Shown here in pieces: positions 34,627-46,593 of a stretch of 64,000 nt of DNA. The position numbers were made by a program, and so were the translations under genes. Each line of letters begins with the position of its first letter. The stretch's first letter is position 1. The stretch is taken from positions 1 to 64,000 of the forward strand of contig NIVC01002844.1 of the NCBI GenBank assembly GCA_002269645.1. The letters are read 5' to 3'. Source of the stretch: Macrostomum lignano (Eukaryota). A model generated the notes under the pieces. That model was given only the letters and a program-made list of their open reading frames with translations, did not search any database and was not told the DNA's origin.

Positions 34627-36078
34627 GGCTGCAGCAGGAGCTGCTTTCGCTGCAGCTTGATTGAGCTGATGTACTTTATATACATTGAGCTTTCTGGTGA
34701 GGGATGCCATTGGCTTGCAGGGCCAGAGTATTTTTAGAAGTGGCAGTACTGTATTGCAGAAATATTCTCTAGAACAATATTGTCCGTCAAATACGAGTAG
34801 TTTTAACATTTCGAGCTTCACAAACCTTTCTCAAAGTTTTTTATCAAAAGGTCGGTTCACGACGGAGCTGTGAATTTTGTGAGCAATTTTCACGCTGTAA
34901 AAATTATGTTTTAGAGGTTTAAAAAGCTTTAAAAATTAATATTTTCGGATTAGTGATCCATTTTAATCGTTAAAACCTTTGAAAATTTGAATATGATTAT
35001 GAAGAACTTAATGAGTAACTGAGACTCAGGCTAAGAGTTGCCATGCCAACTGAAAATTTCGGCTTTTTTTAAAAGATCGGGAGTTAAGAAATTTAGTCAA
35101 AAATAGCAGGTTACGAGCAGAAAGAAGCATCATTCATCTCATTGTTTGATTTGCAAGCGACTTGCTTGCCGAGTTTTTACCCCCAGCTCAGCAGCTGACT
35201 GGCTCCAGAAGAGACTTCCTTCCCCTGCAGCAGCCTTTGCCCACGCGTTAAAAAACTTCAACAATGCAGCACATGCGGCAGCAAAAACTGAAGCGGCTGC
35301 TATTGCAGGCATATTGATATTTTTAGCGTTTCTCCAATCAAAAGTGCGGCTAAGGCTTCTTACTACAGAGGTACTATGACGAAATTTTGCTTGATTCGCC
35401 ATTCAATCCAGCTATTTGTGGGAGAGCGTGCAGTACCAGCTTCCATAATGCTTGTATCATTTTCTCATGAGCTTCCATCATCTAATTTCATGGCTCTGCA
35501 TGGCTCGTACAGTCTTAAACAAGCACAAGATTCGATAGAAAATGAGCCGCTGTATGCACCAGGGAATATATTAGTTTTTGCAAAGTTATTGCAAAAAAGA
35601 ATAGAACCAATATCAGTAGCGGCTACTCCAAGCTCAAAGTTACTGGCGTTGGCTCTGGCTATAAAATTACTTAAAGAAAAGAGAATCACGTCTGCTCATA
35701 ATTTTTTTAAAATTATGATCGAGATTGAGACTGAGATCGATTTCATATTCTGCACGGAAATGTTTGCATTCTAATTTCTATATTAGTCATTGTCAGTGCA
35801 GTGATGAATTACAGAATTTTAATTCATTTGATTTTTCTGGTAGAAACTGCAAGCAGAAATCATGAACAAATTTCTTACTCAGCGTTACTCAGCGTTGAAT
35901 CAGTGAGTGGGAACGACTCCAGAGTAGCTCTAGCCTCTAGGCGGCAAGTTTCACGGTACGTGCCAAAACCTACTGACGAAAATGCTTGCCAATCATGGAA
36001 ACGTAGCTTTGCAGCAGAGTTGCACGAAAAGTTTACTTAAAAACTCACTGAGCGAGCATTTTCAACTCGAGCGCGGTG

Positions 36079-36245
36079 AGATAAGCTGGGATTTAACTGA
36101 TAACGCTCCATATTCAAAGAAACAATTATCTGTATTTTAGCGACGTGCAACAATGGGCCTTAGATCAGAGCTTCAGCGCGGCTCGCATGTCAAGTTCCCA
36201 TGGTGGCTGCGTGACCGTACCGCCCACCGCCGCTGCTGATATAAG
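36079..36245 (+). promoter_or_regulatory. Putative protease promoter: two WGATAA sites and a TATA-like box
   Basis: agataa 36079-36084, tgataa 36098-36103, and tataag 36240-36245, about 80 bp upstream of the ATG at 36320. Confidence 0.45.
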
Positions 36246-36319
36246 GCTGCTGGGTTAAGCAGCAACCCGGGATAAGAACCTTCTCTCCTGAATTCTGTCC
36301 TACCAGCGAGCCCGAAGTC

Positions 36320-37231
36320 ATGAAGTTCCTAGTGCTCTTCGCCTGCTTGAGCGTCGCGAACGCCTACGACAGGCTCATCATCGACGGTGTGGAGGCCAGC
36401 ACTGGCCAGCACCCGGACCTTGTCAGCCTTCAGCGCAACGGCAACCACTTCTGTGGCGGCACCCTGTACGACAAGAGGACCGTTGTCACCGCTGCTCACT
36501 GCTTCTATGGCAACAGCGGCACCTTCGGACTGGCTGTTGTGGCCGGCGAGAATGACCTGACTCTGTCCAACAGCGCCAACAGGCGCTCCTACCGCGTCAG
36601 CCGCGTCATCATCCACCCGGACTACCGCAGCTCCTACCACTACGTCCAGGGCGATGACATCGCCATCCTGAAGCTGAGCTCCGATGCCGACCTCGGTACG
36701 GCCACCATCAAGGCCGGTGATTTCGAGGACGCTGTAAGCCAACCTCGGATGCGCTTATTTTTCCTTCTGTACTTTAGCATTGCGCAAAACAATAACAATA
36801 ACAACAATAACAAAATAATGAGGAAGCTAGCAGTGTCTGATGAAACTCACAAACACCTCCTCTAGGGTGTGGACATCCCGCCGGCGGGAAGCAGCTGCAA
36901 GGTGGCCGGCTGGGGCGCTATCGACCCGTCCGGCAGGTACGCCCACACCCGCAAGATGATCGGCGGTGTGTCCTCCATCACCAACAATGACTGCGCCCGC
37001 GTCTTCAACCGCGTGCTGGGCAACACCAAGCAGGTGTGCGCTGGCGGCGGCACCACCACCAACGCCTGCCGTGGCGACTCCGGCGGCCCGCTGTACTGCA
37101 CCTACAATGGCAAGACCAGGCAGGTCGGTATCGTGTCCTATGGACGCGTGCCCTGCGGCCAGGTCGGAATCCCCACCGTGTACACCCGCGTGGCCACCTA
37201 CAGGCGCTTCATCGACCAGTACTCTGGCTAA
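36320..37231 (+). CDS. Secreted S1A (chymotrypsin-fold) serine protease, 2 exons (36320-36733, 36866-37231), 259 aa
   Basis: Signal peptide, mature N-terminus IIDG, catalytic motifs TAAHC / DDIAILKL / GDSGGP, and a phase-0 GT-AG intron. Confidence 0.95.
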
Positions 37232-37267
37232 GCCCAGTCTCGTCTCTGGCAACAGTTTGCAAACAGA

Positions 37268-37273
37268 AATAAA
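37268..37273 (+). promoter_or_regulatory. Polyadenylation signal of the protease gene
   Basis: AATAAA 37 bp after the stop codon. Confidence 0.6.
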
Positions 37274-38022
37274 AATTTGACGAGGTGCTTTTCAACATTG
37301 AAAAACATGGGAAACAACGAAGCGATGATTCTACATATTTATTGTTTTTGCTCTGTTTTAATTTAACTTCTAAGCTCATCAAATGCGAACTGGCAACAGG
37401 CGAGAATTCACACCAAGGCAACGAGTAAAATTGGTGCTAGTGAAAAATAAGAAAAACTATATGAGTGCTTAAAGTTTTTAGCATACTGACTTAAGAATAA
37501 CGAAATGAGACAATTAGTTTCTTCTTTTAGAAATTTTCTCACTGCTACGTCTGGCGCATTGAAGCAGAGAGAGGAGAGAGAATCAATAACAACTCACTGT
37601 CCAGACAGTCTCCAATGGACGGCATTGGTTAGTCCCGGCAGAAATTTGATGCCGAAAAGACAGGGTCGGAGGTGCTTCTGACAGGGCGTGAGCGCGGCCA
37701 CCCAGTACCCACCCTCCCGCAAAATGGATTTGCTTTTTTTGCTATTCAGCCTTACTAAGACATTCCAGCGATGAGTTTAATTCATTTCAGCCAGAAATTC
37801 ATTGGGGTGGCGCAGGAGCCGAGTACAGAATCCACAGTTGTGCACTGGGGCGGGGGGTTGCACCGTGCCGAGTATTTTTGAGAGAAAAGCAAGGGCGTTT
37901 GTTTACCCAAACTGCCCGCTCGCGAATTTCGGCTTTTTTCTCTCTCACTATACGCCTATAAGCTAACAAGCTTGACATTGCACAGAGGAAAGGCAGCAAG
38001 TAGAGCAGCGGAGTCTACCATC

Positions 38023-39162
38023 ATGACATCCTCAATCCTGACTTCCAGTCAAAGCGGGATCATCGGCGGAGGCGGTGGGAAGGTGCTGAAGACGAGGGTC
38101 CAAATCCTTGGCCGCTACTTGCTCGAGCCGGGCGAGGAGCTGAGCTCCCAGCTGGCAGCGCAGCTGGCCCACAAAGCCAAGTCCGGCCGGGCGCGACTGC
38201 GGACTCAGCTAAAGCTGTTCAAGACTGGCATTCGACTCGGCGAGGCCGGCGTGTTCAATAGCATGCCGGTGGAGTTTATCGAATTCCGCAGACTGTCGGA
38301 CCTGGTATCGCCTGCGCAGCACCCCTCTGTGCTGGTCCTTGGCGTCAAGGACTACCAACAGCGCTGCGCCACTGTAATGCAGTTCAAAGACGATGTGTGC
38401 CTTCGGGTGGTGGTTGACGTCATCAACCGGCACCGGCGACTGCTGGACGAAGACGTGGCGCGAATGTCCGACCTGCACAGCGTCAGCTCCACGATGCGAG
38501 GAAGTGCCGCTGCCGGTAACAGAGAAGGACAGCCGATGAGAAGCAGCGGCAAGCGTGGAGACGGAAATTGGCGTCTGGTTGGCTCAGAGCCGAGAGAAGT
38601 CGCCTCTTCCACCGCTTCCAATTCAATGCTGGATGATGACTATGCCATAATCAGGTCACGAATGAGGGCTTCAGTGGAGACAGAGACAGCGAATAGCGAG
38701 GAAGCGGTGCCGGTTCAGCAGCGCTATGAGCAGTGGCAGCTGCCCCACGCTTCACAGGACGCCTCGCATCATCAGCAGCATCAGCAGCGCTACCAGAAAA
38801 AAACAGCTCAGCCTCACCCTCCTCATCAACAGGTGCTTCGCTACCAACAGCAGCGTCGAGAAATCGTCTCCGTGAACGAAAGCATGGACTTTGACGAGGT
38901 GGAGACGGCGGCGATATTTGAAACGCCGGACGGACCGCCGACGCTGCTAAACGAGCTGTGCCTGCGCGGGGCATCGAGCATCAGCACCGGCAACCTCGAA
39001 AATGGCAACCATCGAAGCAGCGCCGCTCGAATGTCGCAGCTGCCGCCGGAATTCGTGGCCCGAGCCCGGGTCGACCGGGTGGCTTCATCGGTGTCGAGCA
39101 GCAGCGGAGGCCGACCAGCGTCTGCTGCCTGGGCACCGCTGGATGATCGGCTGGAAGAATGA
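38023..39162 (+). CDS. Single-exon protein with a ~120-aa globular N-terminal domain (possibly PH/PTB-like) and a long low-complexity tail
   Basis: Long GC-rich ORF (ATG 38023). The strand/helix pattern RVQILGRYLL...QLKLFKTGIRL...IEFRRLSDLV...VLVLGVK...TVMQFKDDVCLRVVVDVINRHR resembles PTB/PH folds. The remainder is S/Q-rich. Confidence 0.6.
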   Translation: MTSSILTSSQSGIIGGGGGKVLKTRVQILGRYLLEPGEELSSQLAAQLAHKAKSGRARLRTQLKLFKTGIRLGEAGVFNSMPVEFIEFRRLSDLVSPAQHPSVLVLGVKDYQQRCATVMQFKDDVCLRVVVDVINRHRRLLDEDVARMSDLHSVSSTMRGSAAAGNREGQPMRSSGKRGDGNWRLVGSEPREVASSTASNSMLDDDYAIIRSRMRASVETETANSEEAVPVQQRYEQWQLPHASQDASHHQQHQQRYQKKTAQPHPPHQQVLRYQQQRREIVSVNESMDFDEVETAAIFETPDGPPTLLNELCLRGASSISTGNLENGNHRSSAARMSQLPPEFVARARVDRVASSVSSSSGGRPASAAWAPLDDRLEE

Positions 39163-39805
39163 CTTACCTGCCCATCTACGGACTCCATTAGAATGTAAAG
39201 CTGTGACAGCCTTGGACTCGGCATTAATTTTGCACCGCCTCACAGTTGGAATCGCTTGGGCACTTTTTTAACTTGGATCGTCCCCAGGCATGCTTTTGCC
39301 TCATCTATGGAGGAGCAGACTTTTTACTCTGTGCACCCAATTGCCTATTCACGCCAACGATGCGCTCATGACAACAAATCTAGCATTGTCTCATGCGTCT
39401 ATCCTACTTTCAGTAGCAAAAAAGTAGTTTCCTGATATGACTAACTAAACAATAAGTTATATTACTACGAGTAACTTTGTGTAAAGTCCGTAAAGTGACA
39501 GATAGAATGCCAAGATAAGTGATCCAGCGTAATATACTGCGGCAGTTTAAAATATTTAATTAATTATGGCTGATTTGTTAACTCTGTAAATAAGCTGCTA
39601 AATAGCAAGTCATGGTACGAAACTTATTAAGTTTGGTTATTTATATCTTCGTGAGAGTATAAATGTGCCAAGGACATGTGCTGTAGTGTTAATGTAGTCA
39701 GATAGTCTTGCTAATGCGCAGTGATAGCAAATGGTGACTATGAATCACAGAGTTTGAAGGCACAGCTATGAGTATGCACAAATCTCAAGCCCTCGGCCCC
39801 TGTAG

Positions 39806-42270
39806 TTAAACCTTCTCTGGTATGACAATGTCCGCTCCATCATCTGCATTCCGCTTCTCCAGCACCGAGTGGTAGATGTTGTACGCACAGCACACTGCAA
39901 CGGAGGCGACAGCAATGACCAGGATCACCAGCAGTGTTATGACGGCAGCCTCGTCAAAGTAGCTGCAGGCCCAGTTAGTGACCCTGCCGTTGGTGTAGCA
40001 GTCTCCTGGGCGAATCTCGCCGACCTTGGTGAATCCCATTGTCCTCGGTCGCTGCTGTAGAAGGCACAGTTGATAATTATAAACTCAAGTTATCTTCTGG
40101 AAGCACGAAGCTGCTTAGAACTAGGCAGGCTCGAAGACATTGAAACTTGCGACTAAGAGCACTCACCCTGCTTGAAATATCAGTTGAGCCGAGAGTTCGA
40201 TGCAGAGAAAAATATTTTTTCGGTAAGCCAGGCAGTTACAATTCTGAGATCTGACCCTACGAGTATTTGCATGCGCTCTGCTTGGGGAAAGCGGCTGACC
40301 GACTCGAGTGCGCATTGGGGACTGCTGGACAACTGCAGTTCCTTTAATGTGCGAAGGAGACGGAAAATTCAGCAGGGCGCTCGGCTGCTATCGATTGACT
40401 TCGCTGTGAAATTCGATCAATACGTAGACTGGCTGGCCAGCTCTCACGAGTTCAATGGAAGAAGAATGCTCAAGCTGCTCTACTCGTAGAGCGCTGCTTA
40501 TCGGGTCAGACAGACATTCAGCCGGACGTTGATAATCTGAGATTCGCACTTCAAACTTTCTCCTTTGTAGCACTTGCCTACATTATTAAGCATTCTGTCG
40601 CGTGTATTTCTGTAATATTGCCGCCACTGTGATAATATAGTGAATGAGTATTCGGGCAATTCAATGTAAAGGATTTTAATCTGTGAAGGTTAATTAGAGC
40701 AGCATCTTTTCGAAAGTGAATAATCCACTTATAATTTCTGATGACAAAGATTTAAAGTGAGTTTTTCAGAGGCTAAAAACTAAACGTGCGAACCTCTCAC
40801 CTCGCTATACTTGATGAAATTCATTGATAAAAGTGCTCCTAAGATTATCGTGAGAGACGAGCGTACGAATAGGTTTTATTTAAAGAAATTTTTACTCGGT
40901 TCGTTTGATAAACTCCGTGTGACAATTTCTCTGAATAGTGAAATAGGACGCAATGTTTTGTCAGAATTAACAAGCAGTCCGCAGTCACAGCATTCCTTTG
41001 TGACAGTTCAAAAAAAATCGCCCCATCTGCAGCATTAGCGACCGGCGCTCGGGTCGAAGCCCCAGCAGACCAGCGGCCCAACGTAGGTGTGCGACCACTC
41101 CGTGGCATCGCCGGTGTCGCCCACCCAGACCTCATTCACAGGCAGGTTGGTCTTGTCGTAGATCGTGCCTTCGTCAAAGATGTTCTCAACGCGCTCGTTT
41201 CTGTCGCAGTTGCAGGTGGCCTGCACCACCGTGTCCACGCCTTCCACGTTCGTGGTGAGGGTGCCACAGCTTCCGGTGGCGTGGCACGCACAGACGCTTT
41301 GGTAGCGCAGACTGTAGGGCTGAGCCCACCCAAGCATCTGCTGCCAACGGTAGTTCACCCACCAGGTAGCCTTGAGTAGGTTTCGTCAAGGTCTTTGGCT
41401 TATTCGATTGTTTTCCTGGTTTTACACTACGTGATTTGATGAATTAAAGAAACATCGCCAGAGTTTTTATCCCTTGAAATCCTCATTTTTTCTTGTACAT
41501 TTACCTAGCAATTGTCACGAAAGCAGAATTCACGACGCCAAGACAAAGGCGTTGACTCAACTTACCTGCAGGTAGACGTTGTTCTGATAGTGAATACCGG
41601 CGTCGTGACACGTGTAGCGCACGAACTGTGAGCAGTTGAGCGACAGCTGGGCCAAGCTGTTCAGCTGCTGAGCGGTGGCGCCGCCCTGGTAATCGATGTG
41701 GATGTGGATGCTGCCGCCTGGCTCGGAGCCGTGCGCGTAGATGCCCGGCAGCGACATGTTCGTTGCTGAAAGTGGGGTTCTCTGTCGTTTTCGTTCACGC
41801 TGGAGCTGACCAAGTGCGGTGATCCAAGAAACAATAAGTATAGAAGCAAATAACTTGGAGCAACTCTCACTGTTCACGATGGAGTAGCCGAATGCATCAG
41901 AACCGGAGAGTCGACAGAAGACGCTGAACGGCTTAATCGGGCCGCTGGGTCCGTCCGGATCGATGGTGGTCGTCATGTCGTAATCGAAACCGGAATTTTT
42001 CAGGTCCTGGCAGCTGCGTACTGTGTGAGGAAGTTGAGGGGAAGTTTTTGCCGAAAGCGATTCGCATTTTGCTGCGAAAAACTTCGAACAAACCTGCGAT
42101 GCATTCGACGCCTGCGTTGCACTCGCCGGACTCGCTGTTGCTGCCGACGCAGTCGATGGTGAGGTCACCGTAGGCGGTCATGTTGCACCGCCTGGTGCGG
42201 ACGCGCACTCCGCCGGCGCAGGTCTGGGAGCAGTGGCCCCACGCCTGCCAGGACAGCCACTCGCCAGGTA
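39806..42270 (-). CDS. TSP1 + Caspr/neurexin-IV-type fibrinogen-like domain protein, possibly type-I membrane; 5' end not found
   Basis: Phase-consistent exons 42270-42094 (TSP1: WLSWQAWGHCSQTCAGGVRVRTRRC), 42020-41871 (RSCQDLK...IDPDGPSGPIKPFSVFC), 41765-41566 (CSQFVRYTC) and 41370-~41042 (CNCD...DEGTI...LPV...GDTG...GPLVCWG). A candidate TM exon lies at 40054-39806 (AVITLLVILVIAVASVAVCCAY); its splice link is uncertain. Confidence 0.75.
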
Positions 42271-43394
42271 CTGCGGGCATGCATTGGGTTCGTGCCGGGT
42301 GCACTCGAGAGTTCTATTGTGAGTAGCCTTTCTCAAGAGTACGAGCATGCTACTTATGGGCAACAAAGCCTACGCTCCCTGCATGATTAGGTTACAAAGC
42401 GCTGCACCCAATGAAAGTAAAATTATCAAAATTTATAACAATAACAACGTATAAATTTGACACGCGAGAGATTGCAAGATTAGGAAGCAAACTTGTCAAA
42501 TATCAAGACAGAGATAAATGAAATTGGCGATTGCCGGCTTATCGAAATCCTGAGTTCCTCTCCGAGTGCTGCTGTGTCAATTCAATGCAGCCGGCTGTCA
42601 GCTCACGTAGCAACCTATCCGGTGAGTCCTTATCTAGCTCAATCCTTATATGAGTTCTTACCCGACGAACTGGTGCCTAATTAAGTATTTTATTGCCCGA
42701 CTTTAGAGAGTCAACTGGATGGTCCGACAAAGCACGTTTGATCAAAGATTGCTCAATTATTTACAACATAAGCCACGCATCAGCGATTTTGCTAAATTTT
42801 TAATTTGCCCTCTTCGGAACTGCATGGCCAATGCTGAGAATGCCTTTCCTTTTCAGTTGAAGGCATGTCTAAGAATTTCGCGAATTAAAAAAAATTAAGA
42901 GGCAATTACAGCTGTCAATAAAAAACTAATTTCAGAGAAACAAGAAAGACTTGAAACAGGATCGGACTGTTTGTTTCCACGAAACCATGGGAACGACGAG
43001 TTTGCCTAGATGAGTGCATTGAGATGCAGCGCTGGGAAACAATTTTATCCAAATATACTAGATTCATAAAGGAACAAACAAAAACTACACTTGCGAGTAT
43101 TTACAACTTTGGCTTGGGCTTATTGAAACAAAAAAATATGAAAATGAAACGTTCACTGAAAAACTATATGAAATACAACTGGCATGGGTAACATGCTGTG
43201 CATGCTAAGTTATAAGAATGCATGGTAACCTTCAAATTCCAGATCCCAGATCAAATGCAATCTTTGATTTTGTGATGATTTTTTCGCAAAGTTCGCAGTT
43301 TATTGTTTCCAGGAATGCGACCTAAAAATTTACACGATCTTTGAGTTTTACTTTCAAGGCACTCACAAACGACCGTTTTTCTAAACTCTCTGTA

Positions 43395-45959
43395 GTGAAG
43401 AGACCTCATGCTCAACGCTCAACAGTTTCTTCCCCAAATCTCCGACTCAGCAGGGCCCGCCTGACCACACCGTGGGAGGGCAAGGCCTAGCGAAGTCTAT
43501 CATCACCAAAAAACGCATTACTATAGAGCGGCAAGGTCCTTCAACTCGTTCAAGGCGCCTGGGCCCGACAGCATCTACCCAGCGTTCTTGCACGAGGCGG
43601 TGAAAAACCACCGCTTCATGGACCTCCGAGCTTGTGTGGAGCTGGGCTATTTACCAGTTGCGTGGAGAGAGGCCCGGGTGGTCTTTATCCCCAAGCCTGG
43701 AAAGAGCGACTATCAATCGGTGAAGGCCTTCAGGCCAATCAGCCTCACCTCCTTCTACCTTAAGCTCCTCGAACGGCTGGTGCTTTGGTGCCTACTCTCG
43801 GTCGAGCTGAAGCGCTTTCCACTTTCACAGAACCAGCACGCCTTCCGCGCGGGCAGGTCTACCGAGAGTGCCCTTCATATCATCATTGACTTCCTGGAGA
43901 GGGCCGTTCTTAGCAGCGGCTTTGCCCTCGCTTTTCCTGGACATTGAGGGGGCCTTCGACAACGTCATCTTCGAGGCCTTTTGCAGAGCCCTGGAATCCA
44001 GGGCCACACACCCTCACCTCGTCCGGTGGAGCATGTTCATGATCCGGAACCGCACTGTCGTGGCCCACCTGAACGGCAGCTCTCTTTCGGCGCCTGTCCA
44101 AAAAGGGGCCCCCAGGGCGGGGTCCTCAACCCCGTTCTCTGGAACATGGTCATGGGTGAGTTGCTTTGCAATGATCTTCATGACCCCATTCTCAAAGTGG
44201 ACTACGCCGATGATGTGACCGCGATCTGCGCGGGCCCCTCGGTTGATACCATCAGAGATCTTCTGCAGAGCTTTCTCGGACGAGCGGAGCGTTGGGCAAA
44301 CCAATGTGGCCTCAGGCTCTCAGAGTCGAAAACCACAGCGGTCATGTTTACCAACAAACTGCTCTGGACCATTAAGCCCCTCACCCCTCTATGGAAAAGA
44401 CATTGCGATGGAGAAGCAGGTCCGCTGGCTGGGCCTCATTCTGGACCACAGGCTTAACTGGACTCCGCGCATTCAAACTAAAGCTAAAAAAGCCCTGGCT
44501 GTCCTGGCTCAGATCAAGCGCGCCGTGGGCACCACCTGGGGGCTCACCCCCAGGAAGCTGTGGTGGATTTACACTGCCATTATCCGCCCCTCGATCAGTT
44601 ACGCCAGCCTCGTGTGGGCCAGCGGTCTGAGCGTCATGAGCAACCTCGAAGCTCTCTACAAAATCCAGGGCAGAGCCTGCCGCATGACTATGGGCGCTCC
44701 ACCCTCTGCTCTTTTTCAGGGCATGAATGCCTTCCTCTGTGCCCGTCCTCTGGATATTTATATCAAAGGAGAGGCGGCGAAGAGCACCCAGCGTCTTCTA
44801 GATGCTGGGTGGCCTTCAAGAAAGTGCGGGCTTTCAAAAAGCGGTCGCTTATCCCACACTCTGACCTCTGCTTTAAGACTCGAGCAATGTGGCGGGCTCA
44901 ACATCCTCACGGACTCGATCCCAGCCACCCTTCTCCTGAGCCAAAGGTATAAGGTCACTATTCAGCCTCGAAACGAGGCGAGTGACAGCTGGAGCGATTC
45001 TGAAGTCCACTGTTACACTGACGGCTCTATGAGGCATGGTCTTTCAGGCTTCGGAGCTTGCGGCTTCTTCAAGGGAGAAGTGTTGTGGAGCTACTCCCAG
45101 CACACTGGGCTCAACTCCAGTGTTTTTCAGAGCGAGGTGCTTGCCATCAGCTCCTGCGCGGCAGAGCTGCGCAGAAGGCAGCTCAGCGGTCGGAAATTTA
45201 TTTTTCATTCTGACAGCCAAGCAGCCCTTCGGGCCCTCTGCCGCTGCACCACCAGCTCCAGGTCCGTCCTGGAATGCAACACCCAGCTCAAGGGGCTTGC
45301 GCGCTAGGCAACCAGGTAGAGCTCAGGTGGATCCCGGGCCACGCCGGCTTCCTTGGCAACGAGCGCGCCGACATGCTGGCCAAGGCTGGCTCCGCCGACG
45401 CGCTGCTAGGGCCGGGACCGGGGGCCCCCATCCCCCGCCTCGATGATCAACTCCCGTGTTAAGCGCTGGGCTGATTCCGAGTATCTCCGCAGGTGGCGCG
45501 ACACCCGGAATTGCAGGCAATCCCGTGATGCCGTCCCCTGGCCCTCCCCCCTCCTGCGTAGAGCCCTCCTCAGGCTCAACCGCAGAGACCTCAGAGCAGT
45601 GAGCATGGCCCTCTCCGGGCATTGCTGCTTCTCTCGCCACCGCTTCCTTCAGGGCCAAATACCTGAGTAGCGGTGCCCTTTCTGCCGCTCAGGCAGTGAA
45701 AACGCCGAGCACTTTATCTGCCACTGCCTGGTTTTCACAGGGCCAGGCTCACTCACCTCTCTCCTCCAGGTACACGGGACGAGCTGATTTCTTCCCCACC
45801 GATGGTGAGGAGGACCGCGCTGCAGGCGAGACCGACGGGTCCCCCTGAGCGACATCGCTTCGATGGAAGTCTGGTCGCCAGGGGCTAGCGGAATGGGTGG
45901 TCCCCTCCGCCTCCTCGCTGCATCCGCCGGACGCCCCCTGCAGCTAAGTCAAGTAAGTC
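43395..45959 (+). mobile_element. Decayed 5'-truncated non-LTR retrotransposon with RT, RNase H and C-terminal CCHC (LOA/I-group like)
   Basis: APGPDSIYPA, WREARVVFIPKPGK, FRPISLTS, FLDIEGAFDNV, PQGGVL, YADD; RNase H YTDGS, SVFQSEVLAI, SDSQAAL, WIPGH...GNERAD; C-terminal CPFC...EHFICHC; short taag-type tail. Several frameshifts and stops. Confidence 0.9.
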
Positions 45960-46593
45960 GGTTGAGTTTTACTTCCTGTTATACTAACAGTGGTCCTTGT
46001 GAGAGGGTTACATGTTATATACCTAGAATTTTGAGGTCCACTGCCCTAAAAAACCCCTTATCGAGATTAGCTTATTGTAGAGATTAAGAGAGGTACTGAT
46101 GCTTTGGTTACCATCCATTTCTGAAGTTTTCCAAATTTTAGATTCTATTAACATGTTGATTTTCAAAACCCTGCAGGTACTTTGTATTTTTTATTTGTCA
46201 TACAAGACGTAATTTTATTGTGGAACCGAATTTAAACAAATCGTAAGTTTGTTTAGCATGACACATCTAATTACTCAACAAATTTGTATTGCATTTGTAA
46301 CATTAGTAGCGAAAAAAGATTTACTATAGTGGATTACAAATCTTTTATTTTGGTCGGTACGCTTAGTAAGCAGCACAATTTAAAACTGCTTTTCTGAGAA
46401 ATGACGAGTTAAATGAGCAGATTTTATTGCAATTTAACTGTGATAACTAAACTGTATTTTTGTTGTACCCTTTTATTTTATGGAGTGTGATTGTACAATA
46501 AAATGTAAGAAGCAATATAAAGTGTAGCTAATTGTACGTATTTTATTGTTGTTGTTTTTGTCAAGCCATAGACTAGTCTAGGTTGGTAAGAAT

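Noticed and set aside
34627-34821. N-terminal extensions of lectin ORFs F (to 34821) and B (9860-10003)
   Set aside because: Paralogue alignment and signal-peptide position place the starts at 34626 and 9859.
35139-35774. Short ORFs between copy F and the protease
   Set aside because: No recognisable motifs, splice structure or consistent frame.
4272-45959. Diversity-generating retroelement (RT + variable C-type lectin fold)
   Set aside because: Both RTs are decayed non-LTR retrotransposons. Variation among lectin copies includes indels and all base types rather than adenine-specific changes, and there is no TR/VR pair.
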